54,203 bases of DNA, taken from Girardia tigrina. Taxonomy: Eukaryota. The position numbers and the translations under genes are program-made. Below the pieces are notes generated by a model, which did no database searches, was not told the DNA's origin, and saw nothing but the letters and a program-made list of their open reading frames with translations. Position 1 is the first letter of the stretch. Every line of letters begins with the position of its first letter. Below are positions 1-12,400 of the stretch, one piece after another. The DNA is taken from assembly GCA_001938485.1 (NCBI GenBank), contig MQRK01226760.1, forward strand, positions 9,576 through 63,778, read 5' to 3'.

Positions 1-6
1 ATACAT

Positions 7-58
<52 letters not shown>
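1..58. repeat. (TA)n microsatellite
   Basis: About 22 consecutive TA units. Confidence 0.95.
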
Positions 59-63
<5 letters not shown>

Positions 64-369
64 AAGCCAATAAAATGAATGGAAAAATAAATAATGTTTA
101 GGTGAAGTTTTTAAATAATTTTTTTCTATTATATTTATTGTAACTATATTGATCGTCAGAACGTACTTGAAAATATGTTTAAAAATATAATAAAGTAAAT
201 AAAATCATACAAGACTTAATTTATTAAGTTATGCAATTTATTGTAACTTTTTTATTATTTTTTTATATTTTCAATATGTGTTACAGAAAATTAAGTAAGA
301 TGACATAATCAAGTGAAAATCAAAAATAGATATTTAGAATCGATGATTTATAAAAATCATTGATTTATG

Positions 370-560
370 AGATTAATTAACGACAGATCTCCCTGAGGTT
401 TCATTTCAAAAAACATGTATCCATGCTCAAACTATTGAGCCATATTGAACAACTATAAAAGCTAGATGGAAGTCAAAGAAAATGAATATGAAAGGATAAA
501 AGGAAAATTTATTTACCATACTGGCCATTGAAATAGAATCACTATGAAATTTCTAAATAT
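370..560 (+). mobile_element. Merlin/ISXO2-like transposase remnant
   Basis: Translation HAQTIEPY*TTIKARWK resembles the HTQxIExxWxxxK motif of IS1016/Merlin DDE transposases; heavily decayed. Confidence 0.45.
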
Positions 561-825
561 CACAAGGTGCCTCGCTATTATATTTTTAAATTACACCAGA
601 AGTGCACAAATCACGTACAGAACAGTTGTACAAGTCATATTTACACTAATATTAAGCTTGTGGTCTGAATGACAGAGGAAATTCTGTCGGACATTAAATC
701 AATCAGCTAGCAGTTGTGATTGAGTGTAATTTTTATGTACCACACCAACTTTTTTTTGTCACAGACGTCAGGTGCCAACATTGACCTGAGGGCTGTAATT
801 GTTATTCTTACGGATCGCATTACAG

Positions 826-950
826 TTCTCAATTGGATTAATATCCGGAGAGCTGCACGGCCATGGAGAAAGTTGAGTAATATCCTTTTTAGTTAGCCAA
901 GGCGTTACGCATTTAGCTGTCTGGGCAGGGGATCTATCCTTCTGGAAGAC
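826..950 (-). mobile_element. Tc1-family transposase fragment
   Basis: Minus strand (with frameshifts) reads FQKDRSPAQTAKCVTPWL...PWPCSSPDI-NPIEN, matching FQQDNAPxH and WPxxSPDLNPIEN. Confidence 0.75.
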
Positions 951-974
951 TATGCAGCGTTGACGTTACATAAA

Positions 975-1130
975 TGTGCGAGAGAATTCCTCCCCCGAAT
1001 CATTTCAGCATCGATGTTTTGATAGCTTCATCAAAGACCAAATTAAAAAGACAAGGTCCTATCACACATCCCTGTCTGACACCTCTTTCCATGAGAAACT
1101 CACAATATAAGTCACACCCGAAGCAAATGA
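975..1130 (-). mobile_element. non-LTR (RTE-like) reverse transcriptase fragment
   Basis: Minus strand reads GVRQGCVIGPCL(F)NLVFDEAI, the GVRQGCxxSPxLF RT motif. Confidence 0.75.
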
Positions 1131-2148
1131 TATTATTTTAAAGTAAAAAAATTATTAGACGGATCTTCTTCTTCATTTGATAATTTTTTATGGAAATAAA
1201 TTAAAATCATAAATTATAATCTAATTCATATTTTAAATGAAATATTTCCCAATGAATCCATAAAACTGCTGATTAAAAAAATGGAAAGGTATTAAAATTG
1301 TCTAAAAGGTTTTTCTCAAGCTTGAATCAATATTAAAAATCCTTAAATAGACTTTTCTGTATATTTATTAGCGGATGCAAAATGAAAAACATGTATGAGT
1401 TGTGAATTTTAAACTACTTCAAATTAATTTGAAAGGGAATTTATATCAGATTTATTCCCATTCAATGACAAGAAATCAAACAGAAAGATTCCCTTAGCTC
1501 TTGCTGTTTAGTTAAAGGTTATGGTCACACTAATCTTAAAGAATATTTGTAGAAATAGGATCTATGATTAATTACAATAACATTTATTTTTACGTGTAAT
1601 TTTATATCTATGTTTTTTTCATTTAATTTTCCAATTTTTAATTATCTTTTATAGATTTAAATTACATTGAAATGTAAACTGTCGACTGCATAAAATTGTA
1701 AAACATAAATATAAATTAAATAAAAATATGATCATTTTTAATATTGAATATTCATGGGACAAAACTTCAGAGATAAAATTTTACATTAAAAAAAATATTA
1801 CATTAAAAATATTTTTTATTTCATTTAAAAATCCAAATTTGATTAAATGAAAAAAGTATCTCATTTTCAATTTTGTAGTAATTAATAATTTATTAATAAT
1901 GAAAGATAATTACTAATTATTGATTTTTAATGAAACAAAAATTTAATAATAATGTTTTTTAAAAAAATATACTTTAACGGAGATATATATTCCACTAGTA
2001 ATTTTAATACTAAATCAATTTTTAATAATAAATCAAACATATTATTATTAATTTTAATTTTTTCATTTTCGAAATTCGATAAGAAATATTAATATACTAA
2101 AAAGTCCTACAATCGCAACACTAATATGACTGTTCAAACCTATTTTAA

Positions 2149-2386
2149 CCTTCACGTATCCATGATGGTAAAAAGGACACCTTGTTAATCTGTGCCAGAT
2201 TTGTTTTAAATTATCTTATTAAATGTTAGCATCACAAATCAACGTAATTACAAATATGTACGCCTATGAGTTTGTAGATACTAAAATAAGGTAATAAGAT
2301 AGACGATAAGTAGATGATAAGATAATTAAAAGCAAATTTAGCACGGATTACATAGTGCCATTTATACCACCATGGATACGGGAAAG
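2149..2386. mobile_element. piggyBac-type MITE (238 bp)
   Basis: TTAA on both sides (2145-2148 and 2387-2390). About 55-bp imperfect TIRs: CCTTCACGTATCCATGATGGTA... and ...TACCACCATGGATACGGGAAAG. Confidence 0.85.
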
Positions 2387-2495
2387 TTAAACTGCGATCC
2401 GCCATTACATTCTTTTCATTTGATTTTCAGAAAGAAATGATGTCTAAAACCTTTTTGGTTTTGGTCATGCTGCATCTCATCCTAGCTGCGCACAC

Positions 2496-2530
2496 ATTTC
2501 ACTGATGATGCATGAGCGTCGAAATGAAAT
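2496..2530 (+). ncRNA. degenerate minimal hammerhead ribozyme motif lacking helix III
   Basis: ATTTCA-CTGATGA-TGCATGAGCGTC-GAAA-TGAAAT. Stem I and both core boxes are present; stem III and the cleavage site are missing. Confidence 0.5.
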
Positions 2531-3842
2531 CAGCGTTTTTAAAGTTCATTTGATTTGAGCATTTTGATAATATAATATCACTGAAATAATTTTGACCTTT
2601 TACTAATAAAATATTCAATTCCAATGAACGCAGGTGTCCCCTTGATGAACATTCGAAAGCGGTAAAATATGATCACAGCTGAGATGACATGAGTGATACC
2701 TTTGCTTTGATACCAGTCGCAACTCGTTATAGAAATTGATTTTTTTAAAAATCAAAAAAACAGAATGGAGCGACGGATTCAGTGTCTCACACAGCCGAAA
2801 TACAACTGGATGTAGAGTTCCAGCAGTATCCCCCAAAATTTTTTAAATACAAATTTCATATATACTTTTTTTAAAATCATTGTGCAACGTTGAAATGATT
2901 ATTATACATTGTATTGATATCAAGAAGAAGAGTGTGTGTATATAAAGTGTATATATAAGTGTGTATATATAAAGTGTATATATATATAGAAAAATTTTCT
3001 TTTGATTGTAATTTAAATAGAACTTTTTGAGATAAAGAATGCTAAAGGAAAACGTAGTTTGTAATACTCAAACCCTGACAAAACTATTTAAACTAACTGA
3101 TAACAGATTTCTTTACAAAATTCCATTGAGTAAAATAATTAAAAATTAATTGATTTTCAATTCTCGAGTGATTTATGACAAAATGAATTATCAATTGTGA
3201 GCACTAATGATAATGATTCTGAAGATGATTCTATGTTTCAATATCAGTCGACCTCTTTCAACCCCATTCATTCCGGATCCCATAATGAACTGGTGACATA
3301 CGTCATTAAAATGATAATAAATATTACAAAATTAAAACTAAATAGTAATATTGATGTGTTTGAATGATAAATTTTTAATGGAAAAGTTTTATAATAATTA
3401 CTTACTAATATTCACATCCAAAAATTTTTAATTTTAGATTTCATGTTTTAAATTTTATTAATATTTTTTTAAAAAATATTAGAATACTGTTATAAATTAG
3501 TTGAAATAGGAATGAAAATACATGAAAGTCTTAAAGTGATAAAGAATTTTAAAATATTTGGTAAGAAAAGGTTATTCAAAACAAAATGTATTTTACTGAT
3601 GTGAGATTGTCTTGCACTGACTGAATGTGTTTACAAAATTTTATTATCATAAAACAAGTAGAAAATTAGGGTCACAGAGGACCACAGAGAAAGGGCCGTT
3701 TTAGACTACAGCGTCTTTTAAACGTCCAGTGATTGAATTCGCTCNNNNNNNNNNNNNNNNNNNNNNNNNNNNNNNNNNNNNNNNNNNNNNNNNNNNNNNN
3801 NNNNNNNNNNNNNNNNNNNNNNNNNNNNNNNNNNNNNNNNNN

Positions 3843-4400
3843 CACATCTTCTCCTGAGACTATTGATTGCGGTTTCGGATAACTTCAAATCCTCTAGTAC
3901 CTCGTTGTTCTTTTCTGGCCAGGATCCGAGACATCCCACGACAATAGTCCCGAGTTTAATGTTCCATCCTAGGTATTTGACTTTAGCTTCTTTTTCCAGG
4001 GGCCCATACTTGGTTTCATTGAGTTCTCTTGCGGACTTGAGGTTTTCTGTCTCGTCATACGGAGTTTTGATATCAAGTAGCCATAGAGTTCTTCCTCCTG
4101 TGTTTTTGGCTTGGATATGTATTCTTCTGGTTGAAGTTGAGAAGTCGCTTTGTTCATCATTCTTGATTTCGTAGTAAGGCATTTCGAAATCAATAGCTTC
4201 GATAACAAGGTCAACTACTGCATTGTGGCGTGTAGTGATGAGCGACATGTTCATGTTGCAGCGACACAGAACATGCATTTGTGTTTCAGCATATTGTCGA
4301 CATGCTCTACAGAGTGTATGTTCCCTTGGTTTCCCTGGTTTAAAGTTGACAGGCATGTTCCCTGTTCGAGCTTGATGGATGAATCGCCAGGATAATCAAC
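3843..4400 (-). mobile_element. R2/NeSL/Utopia-type non-LTR retrotransposon C-terminus (CCHC knuckle + restriction-like endonuclease)
   Basis: WRFIHQAR, CRAC...ETQMHVLCRC, RHNAVV, LDIKTPY, KY and IVVGCLGSW motifs in and just upstream of ORF 3718-4356; runs into a gap. Confidence 0.9.
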
Positions 4401-4401
4401 C

Positions 4402-4444
4402 TTGTTATGTTAATAAAAATATGAAAAGTCAAATTGGTGTTCTT
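4402..4444 (+). repeat. 3' piece of the TGTGAGGAA solo-LTR-like family
   Basis: AATAAAAATATGAAAAGTCAAATTGGTGTTCTT is identical to the end of the copy at 17669-17701. Confidence 0.7.
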
Positions 4445-5152
4445 CGTAGAGAGGATTGCATTGAGTGTGAGAAGTTTCATTTTAAAGATTAGATTTTGGT
4501 TGGCTGTCAGATGTTATCTTTATCATAAGTCTCTGTTACATTGTAAATTACAGAATGATAGAGTAACGGCAATTGAAAGCTTCCAATGCTTAGTTTGCGA
4601 GAATGGAATTGATCGTAATAAGTGTATTTTTGCTTAACTTTGAAATATTATGAAATAAATTACTTTTTGTCCGATTATTTATTGGTAAAATGTTTTATTA
4701 CTTATTAAGAAGTTTTTAATTACATGTTAATTAAATACATGATGGGAATAGATTTGATGAAGGGAATTTTAAAACACGTATTTTTACTTAGAAATTCTTC
4801 TGAATCAAAATCTTGAAAAAGACAAAACCTTCCAAACAATACCTTTTTAAGCGTTGTGATAAAATCGATTAAATCATTACCTGCATTATGTTCACAAATA
4901 AAATGAAGAAAATGTCGGTAACCAACATTTCAAATAAATATATAATATTACAATATTAACATAAATAAATTCTGTATATATTTTCTAAATTTTTTAAGTA
5001 TTCATTGTTATGAAACAATTTCTCAATTACTCAATGAAGGAAATATTGAAAACTAATTGAATTCTTATATAATATCATACATTTAATTATTCTTTAAAAG
5101 ATTAAAAGCAAATAGAAAACACTCGTGGTTAATACATTAAATAGTTTCTTAC

Positions 5153-5241
5153 AACAGTAAAATTCCTCCTTCCTGTTCATCCAAAACCGCCGTTTTGCAG
5201 TGGTATCATACTTATAGTAAGTTTTTATTGTTCCATTATAT
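5153..5241 (-). CDS. candidate internal exon of an unidentified host gene
   Basis: TTTTACAG acceptor and GTAAG donor on the minus strand; only one frame open (YNGTIKTYYKYDTTAKRRFWMNRKEEFYC). No homology recognised. Confidence 0.25.
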
Positions 5242-5697
5242 CTGTAAAATTATTGTTAGAATCTTGACGAACGACAAAAACGAAATTAAAATAGAAATTA
5301 TTAAAGATCACATTTTAAAAATCTAAAACAAAATTAATTTTCCAAAATAATAAAGTTAAGTTTCAAATTAAACCAAGAATTTAAATACTGCGAATAATAT
5401 AATGTTTTAAAAATTGTTTAGTTAGAGGGGATGTTTTGTGTAACGTTTAAAAATTAATTGACTGAATTTAATTTTTACAAAAAAATACAATATTAAAAAA
5501 TATTGGGAAATATTTTAAAGAATGAAGTCTTAAAAAATTATTTTAATTAGCAATAATATTTTGCGTTTAAAAATTAATCGACTACAAATTTTATTTTTTT
5601 TAAATAGATTAATATCCGAAAATTAAAAAAAAATCAAAACTAATTTATGGGCTAGTTTAGGCAATTTTAAAATAATGTATCAAAATGTTTTGCTCAG

Positions 5698-6255
5698 TTT
5701 CTTCTTCTTTTTGACCTTAGCCGTTGAGCCGTGGGTGCACAAAATTATAAACAAGCCTTCGCAACACCTCTCTATTTGTAGCTTCTTTTCTCAGACATTC
5801 CATACTCAATCCACCCCACTCTTTTAAATCGTGTATCCAAAGTCTCTTTGGTCTTCATCTTGGTCTTTCTCCTTCCGCTCTTCCCTCGATCATAACCTTT
5901 GCTAGTGCCTGTTTTCTTAATTAGTGTCCGTAGAATTGCAGAGTCCTTCTCTTGATGGTCTCTTCTATTGATTCCGGTCATTTATGCAGTATTTCTGTCA
6001 TTCTCCTCCAAACAAAGTCGTTTGTTTTTTTTTCTTTCCACATCATCTTCAGCATTATTCTGTAGCACTTCGTTTCAAACCCTTTAAATCTATCCCTGCT
6101 CTTCTGATTTATTGTTCCACTCTCGCATTCATAGAGGAGTGTTGCACAAACAATAGCCTTAGTGATCTTTAATTTGTTTTTCAGATGGATTTTTTGATGT
6201 TAACAACTTTCCTAAGCTTGATCATAGCGCTTGTTGCAATGCCAATCCGGCTCAG
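5698..6255 (-). mobile_element. RTE-clade LINE 3' fragment with (GAA)n tail
   Basis: SRIGIATSAM...TLLYECES...GFETKCYR...LQFYGH*LR...IEGRAEGERPR*RPKRLWIHDLKEW, ending in GAAGAAG. Confidence 0.9.
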
Positions 6256-6779
6256 TTTAAATAATCTTAAAATAAATTTTTGTGAATTTAAAATAAGAAA
6301 TTAATGTTTAATAACTTTTTAGTATAAATTAATTTTGAAAAAATTAGAAATTAATAAAATAACAATATATATTATACAATTTTAAATTAAAATAAAAATA
6401 TATATCTATTTACATGTGAAAGTGTAGAAACTGGTTCTTGCGAAAAAATGAAAATGTAGTCCTTCAATAATTTGTTTAAATAATGATAACGTGTTGTAGT
6501 TTTAAAAAATTGTAAATGTTGAATATCGACTTTGTTCACGATTCCAATAATTATATTATATTATATATATTATATTATTTATATTATATTATATTATTTT
6601 ATCATTTTTTATTACAATATGGTTTGTCTATATGTGTTTTACATTTTTTATTTACTATTAAACAAATAAATATTAAACTGTTAGTTATATTAATAAAAAA
6701 ATCATTACATAAAAGAAATAACCCTTAATATTTATATATTGTGAACTTACAACATAATATATTTCCGTTGGGGTATACA

Positions 6780-7640
6780 AAAGTATACTGATCTGGTTTC
6801 AGAAAATAAAATCTTCGAAATTAACAGTTGACCATTTGAAAGATATGAAGAATGTTCTGAATTGTTTGTTGTTTTATATTCCTTTGACAGCGAATTCTTG
6901 CAATTGTTGGAAGTAATCTTTTATACCACTTTTAGTTATAAAATCAGCAGTATGATTTATCACCACAAAATGTTCATCCTTCTTTGAGCTATTTGAATAT
7001 TTCCATTTCGAAAAAACTTCTTCAATTTTCGTATCCTTTATGTATTCTCCAGTTATCCATTTTAAGTTTCAATCCATTTTGATTATATGCTAATTCTTTC
7101 ATCATAAAAAAATTTTTGTTTTAGATATTGTTGCGAAAACTCAGAAACAAATGGATTGTATCGTTGTTACATTTTTTGGTGGTGTTGATCCGAGAACACT
7201 GCTGCCACAACTAACACCAAACTCATCCAAAAACAATATTTTTTCATCACCTTATGTCGACAATTCGGTGCAATATTCGAATATTTTTTCAATATTGTTC
7301 TCATTATTGTGACGCATTAGTACTAATTCAAATTTTTTAATCAGTAATTTAAATTTTGTAAAAATCGGTCAATCGATGATGTCGATACATTTACACTGAT
7401 GTCAGACAATTTTGCTTGCAAATTCTTCACTGTAATTTGCAATTTTCTGTCTGATCAATTGCTGAGCTTCTGTTAAAATTGTTTTTTGGCATTCTGCTCT
7501 TTATATATGCTTATATTATGTTATAATTGAGGCAATCATTTTTCTATTAAGGCATTTTTCAACACCAATAGTATTTTGTAAAATCATATGCCGTTCATCA
7601 TCCGAAACCTTCCGTTTAATATATCTATTTTTACATTGAG
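6780..7640 (-). mobile_element. IS630/Tc1-like (DDE_3) transposase pseudogene
   Basis: ITVKNLQAKL...VSTSSIDRFL (HTH), ILFLDEFG (D1), MDNWRIHK (D2), IEEVFSKWK (E); internally deleted. Confidence 0.75.
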
Positions 7641-8884
7641 GATTAAAAAATTCAATTTGTCTTTATTTACAGTTACTTTAAATTTTTTATTTTTTTTAAT
7701 TTAAGATTAAAATAATGTTTTAATTTAAATTATTTGCATATTAACTTAATTAAGTTGAAAACCCTGAACTAACGCCTTACCTACTAAGTTGGTAACGTAT
7801 TTCGTTTGAGTTTCATCTCTTTTCGACAGAACTTTCCTGTTCTTGTGATTTCATTCCACATTCTTTTGATCTTAATTATTTGAGTTGTATTATAACTCAA
7901 ATTTAATTTGGAAAAAAATAAGACAGTTAATTGGAACTGTTTACTTGAAAACAATTATTTGAGCTATTTAATAATAATGAAATTTAAAATGCATAATATT
8001 TATTTGATATAACAGATATTGCTTTTAAACATTATACACATTCCTTATGTTTTAAAGACAAATAATCTCTTGAAGTTCATATCATAGACTCTGCAACATG
8101 TCATAAGAATGGGAAGTGGAACATATTCGAAAAGTTAGTTAATTGAACGACATTCTATTGTAATTTTTTGTAAAATAAAAATAATTAAAAAGCTTATAAT
8201 GTATTTTTTGTAATATATAAATAATAATATTTAAAAACATAAAACAAAAAAAGTTCTCTAATGCTTTTGTTTTAATTTGCAAAAATTCAATAAATCTTAA
8301 AGAAAAAATGTTTTAAAAAGAAAAATAATCTTTGGGAATCTGTTAAAATAATTTCTGATTAAGAACAGAAAATCTTTGTTTGCAACGATTTTTTTTAATC
8401 AATTTGTGTTATTGACGAATTATTTGTTTGAATTGAGACTGAATATTTACAAAAAAACTTAATGTATTTTTTTTCATTTGGAAAAATGTATATTTATTTA
8501 TTATTGTAAAAAATAAATTGCATTTGTAACAAATTCAACTTGAAAATTATTGAAACGATATTAATATTGTCGAGTTGATTTTTGAAAATCTCAAAATTAT
8601 TATTTACAGTTTAAAGATAATTGAATTAAATAAAATATAATAAGACAGAAATTCCTTAATTTTTTCTGATGGAAAATTAACATTTTTAATCACTTAGATT
8701 TTTATTTACAATTATTGCAATACTTTTACAAAATGATATCGTAACATAAAATTTACTCATTCCAAATTAATACATCGAAATATGACAGAAGTTGTTAAAA
8801 ACAATAAATTAACAAAAAGAAAAATTGAAATTGGAATACGGAATTTCGAATTACAATTTCAATGTTATATATATATACATATAT

Positions 8885-9460
8885 TGTCGCTGTTGTCTCG
8901 GTGATGGTGACTTAATGGTCATGGAGTTGAGTAGCGGTTTTTAATCGATATATACTGTGGTGTTTTTAGCAATCATGAGGTCTTCGAAGTACTCATAAGT
9001 ACAATTCACATCCCTTTCTCCAAACAACTTGTTTCCAGGGACATGGTTATTTATGCAAAGAAAAGATAACTCTTCCCAAAACACCCGGTAACGTCTCTGA
9101 TATCGCTTGTGTTGCCACTATGTGTTGCCGAAACAACAAATCTCCTTTTTCAAGTTCAGGAATATTAACCTGATTCTCTTTTGCTTCAGGAGGCCACTAA
9201 AAAATTCAGACAAAAAATTGTCAATCACCTCCTTCTGATAACTGAATTACCAGATCACTTAGAAAGTGGTATAGTAATTTTTTAAACGCAGTAACAATCT
9301 GTTGATAGCGTATGTGACTAGAGGCATGTAATATGTCGGTACCCTGATCATAGCGTGATCGAAATAGTAAAAGACTGAATGTGCTGAATAAATCCCCTGG
9401 TAGACGTATTTGAAAAGTTCATTCTTGTGATGAAATCCCTTGGGATTAAAAAGTCCCTGT
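8885..9460 (-). mobile_element. Ty3/gypsy pol (RT-RNase H) remnant
   Basis: QGISSQE*TFQ, and TVYID*KPLLNSMTIKSPSPRQQR, which matches the RNase H end TDHKPL...SPRQQRW. Confidence 0.6.
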
Positions 9461-12400
9461 AGGTTGAAACAGTTAATTAATCAAATATCTTTGTTCAAAA
9501 TGAACAAAGAACATTTTAAATTCAAATTCCTTTTATTATTTTTAATTTATTTACTGATTTTATTTCTTTTTTTTTAAGTTTATAAATATATATATGAAGG
9601 GTTAATTTAAATTTTTATCTCGCCAGAATAATTTATTATTTTTTTGATTTAAAAGGTAAAAATATTTTAATGTTAATATGTTTTTTAAATATTTTAAAAA
9701 ATTAAAAATGATATAATAAAAGAAAATCATAAAAAAATTAAATATCTATTCAAAAATAAAAAAATATCTTTTTAATGTATCTATTAAATATCTTAAAATT
9801 TAAAATGATAAGAAAACCATTAAATATTAAATATTTATTTATAAATAAAATATTTTTACAGTCAAAAATTTATATATTTTAATATAAGTTATGAAACGAT
9901 TTTAAATAAATTTTAAAATAAATTTTTAGTTTTAATGTGAAATGTATTTAATAAATTTGCAATATTTTAAAAGCTAAATCGAAAAGAATTTAATGGATTA
10001 ATTTGTGGTGAGATAATTAAATTAACAGAAAAATTTATTTAAATATGTGAATTGTTGTTATATTAATAAATTTTGATGTTAAAAAATGAATTCAGATATT
10101 GATGTTGCAACCACTTCTCAAAATATATACATATCAAAATATACTTCAAGACAAAAACAAAAACATTTTACATTTTATTTCCAGTTTTTTTATTTTCCTT
10201 TCTTGTTTTCTTTCGCTTTTCATGTTTTGATATTCTTTTAAAATTATTTTGTTAGTATTATTTTTTTTAAATATAGCTTTAAAGTTTCATTAAAGATCTA
10301 GGAAATGTTTAATCAAAAACTCTCCAAAGAATAAAAATCGGATCAAAAACAGAACAAATAATTAATAATCTTTGAAAGCCAGATGTAGAGAGATTTTAAT
10401 TATTTTAATAACACACGTCATTTGTAGCATAAAATAATAATAACAAGAAAGAATAACTGAATATTTTCAAAACTTTAACAAGAAAATATTTGAAGTGATA
10501 TAAAATATCATAAATTAAAATTTTGAAATCATAAATTTTTAATTATTTATCACACAGTTATTGAATTTTCATTTTCCTGAAATATTTTCCAATATTTTCG
10601 TCATGAAATATTCCAAAATTTGTATTGAATTATTATTCGTGTTAAGATTGATTTTATTCCTTTCTTTTTATTTATTTATTCATTATTTTTGTAATTATAA
10701 TTTTTAGAAAAAACTATTTCGTTGCGATTTTCTTGATACAATGAAACCAAAGATTTTAGTTTCATTGATAAAATTAAAAAGAAAATAAGAAAAAATATAA
10801 ATAAATTAAATATATTAAAATTTTCGTTTTAAAAACGTTTTACATTAAATTTATGTAGTTCATGAAATATTTTTTTTTATTTAAATTTAGTTTTCCAAAT
10901 ATTTTTAATTTTTTTTAACTTTTTAATAAAATTTTGAAAGAAATTTATGGAGAAAATAGAAGAATTTCTTTTGTCGAATCGAGTTTATTTTGGTATTGAA
11001 TATATAATCCTTGAAATTCTTCTTTGATATTTGATTAAAAAAATTTACAATATTTAATGAAATTTATTTCTTGAAATCTTCTGACCACTGAAGCGAACGT
11101 ACACGGATAGGTCATCCCGTAGGAATCAGAGAATCAAGAAAGAACAAAAAGTAAATAGAGAAGAAAAAAAATATAAATATAAATACGTTGTTCATACAAT
11201 TGAACTATTATAATGTTGATTTTTTTTTATTTTTAAATTTTCAATGATTTTCCTGATCTATAATTTTAAATTTTTTATTATTTCTTTTCACAATTTATAT
11301 ATCTGATATTATGTCATTCACTATGAAATTAAATGGGTTTGAAAAGAAGTTTCAGAAGAATTTTTTAGTTATTTACCAATTTTTTATTTAAAAATCTTTT
11401 TGATCTTTACCTCGAGAAACAATGATTTTCTGGTGAGGTATGTGAATGAGGGTTTAGTTCGATTGACTGGTCGCTGTTGTGATGATGAAAGCCGTTAGGA
11501 AGAATAAAAAATCATGCAAATATCAATGTGCTATTTTATTATAAATAAATAATAAATTAGTTTTCTTTGTGTGTTAATACTTACCTTTCACAAAGTTTTA
11601 AAATTATCAACATATAGTTTTCTTTTTTCAAATAAGACTGATGTATATTAATATTTTGCACAAGAAATAAATTTAGAAGGATATTGTCAGACAATTGCAA
11701 ATATATTACTTAATTATACTTAAGTGGAAATAATTTATACAAACCTTCGAATAAAACTTTTTTAACTAATCTTCATACATGACATCGAAGAAGATTTTTA
11801 TAATAATATTGAAATAAATTTCTTTATTATTAAAAGAGCATTTCTTTTTTTCTTGAAATAAATTCATATTATTATTAACTAATGTAATCTTTTGTATTGT
11901 ATAAAAATTTGTTTTTAAGAATACAGAAATTGAAAATTTAGAAAGAAAATTATACATTAACTACAAAAGTGTAGAAAATTATTTACAATTATATTAAGGA
12001 AATAATATTAATAATAAATTCAATTATCATTTTATTTATATTACTATTATTCGGTCTACTGGATATTTATTTTTTTTTCTTTTATTTTCATTAACATAGA
12101 ATTATCGACAAAAATAGCGCAATGTTCCTACAAAAAGAGAATTTCTACTTAACATTTGATGTTTTCCTTTGAAAAATTTAAACAATGTAAGAAAATATTA
12201 ATCCTTTAAAGTAATGAATTTTTCATTCGTATAAATTATGTGATAAAATGGGCGACACCTTTCCAAAATTATATCACATTTGGCGTAATGAAATTCATCA
12301 AGGTAGTCCAGAATTATACCTATCAAAGGTTTTTTACTGTGTTTCTAATATTAAGTCACTTTTCGTTAATAATGAAGTCACTGATCAAAATCGGTAAATC

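Larger units (their letters stand above)
2040..2560 (+). mobile_element. Penelope-like element 3' end, interrupted by a MITE
   Basis: Removing 2149-2390 joins TLI*LFKPILNCDPPLHSFHLIF, similar to a PLE GIY-YIG C-terminus. A hammerhead-like motif follows at 2496-2530. Confidence 0.55.

Noticed and set aside
2615-2836. 73-aa ORF and the alternative-frame SKGITHVISAV peptide (phosphatase- or integrase-like)
   Set aside because: Too short and interrupted to assign.
3863-4395. Plus-strand ORFs over TE coding regions (also 21163 minus, 37913, 52589, 53090)
   Set aside because: Antisense shadows of the recognised TE or histone frames.
6720-7700. IS630-like element as a possible Fanzor/TnpB carrier
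   Set aside because: No RuvC or zinc-finger TnpB motifs seen in or next to it.
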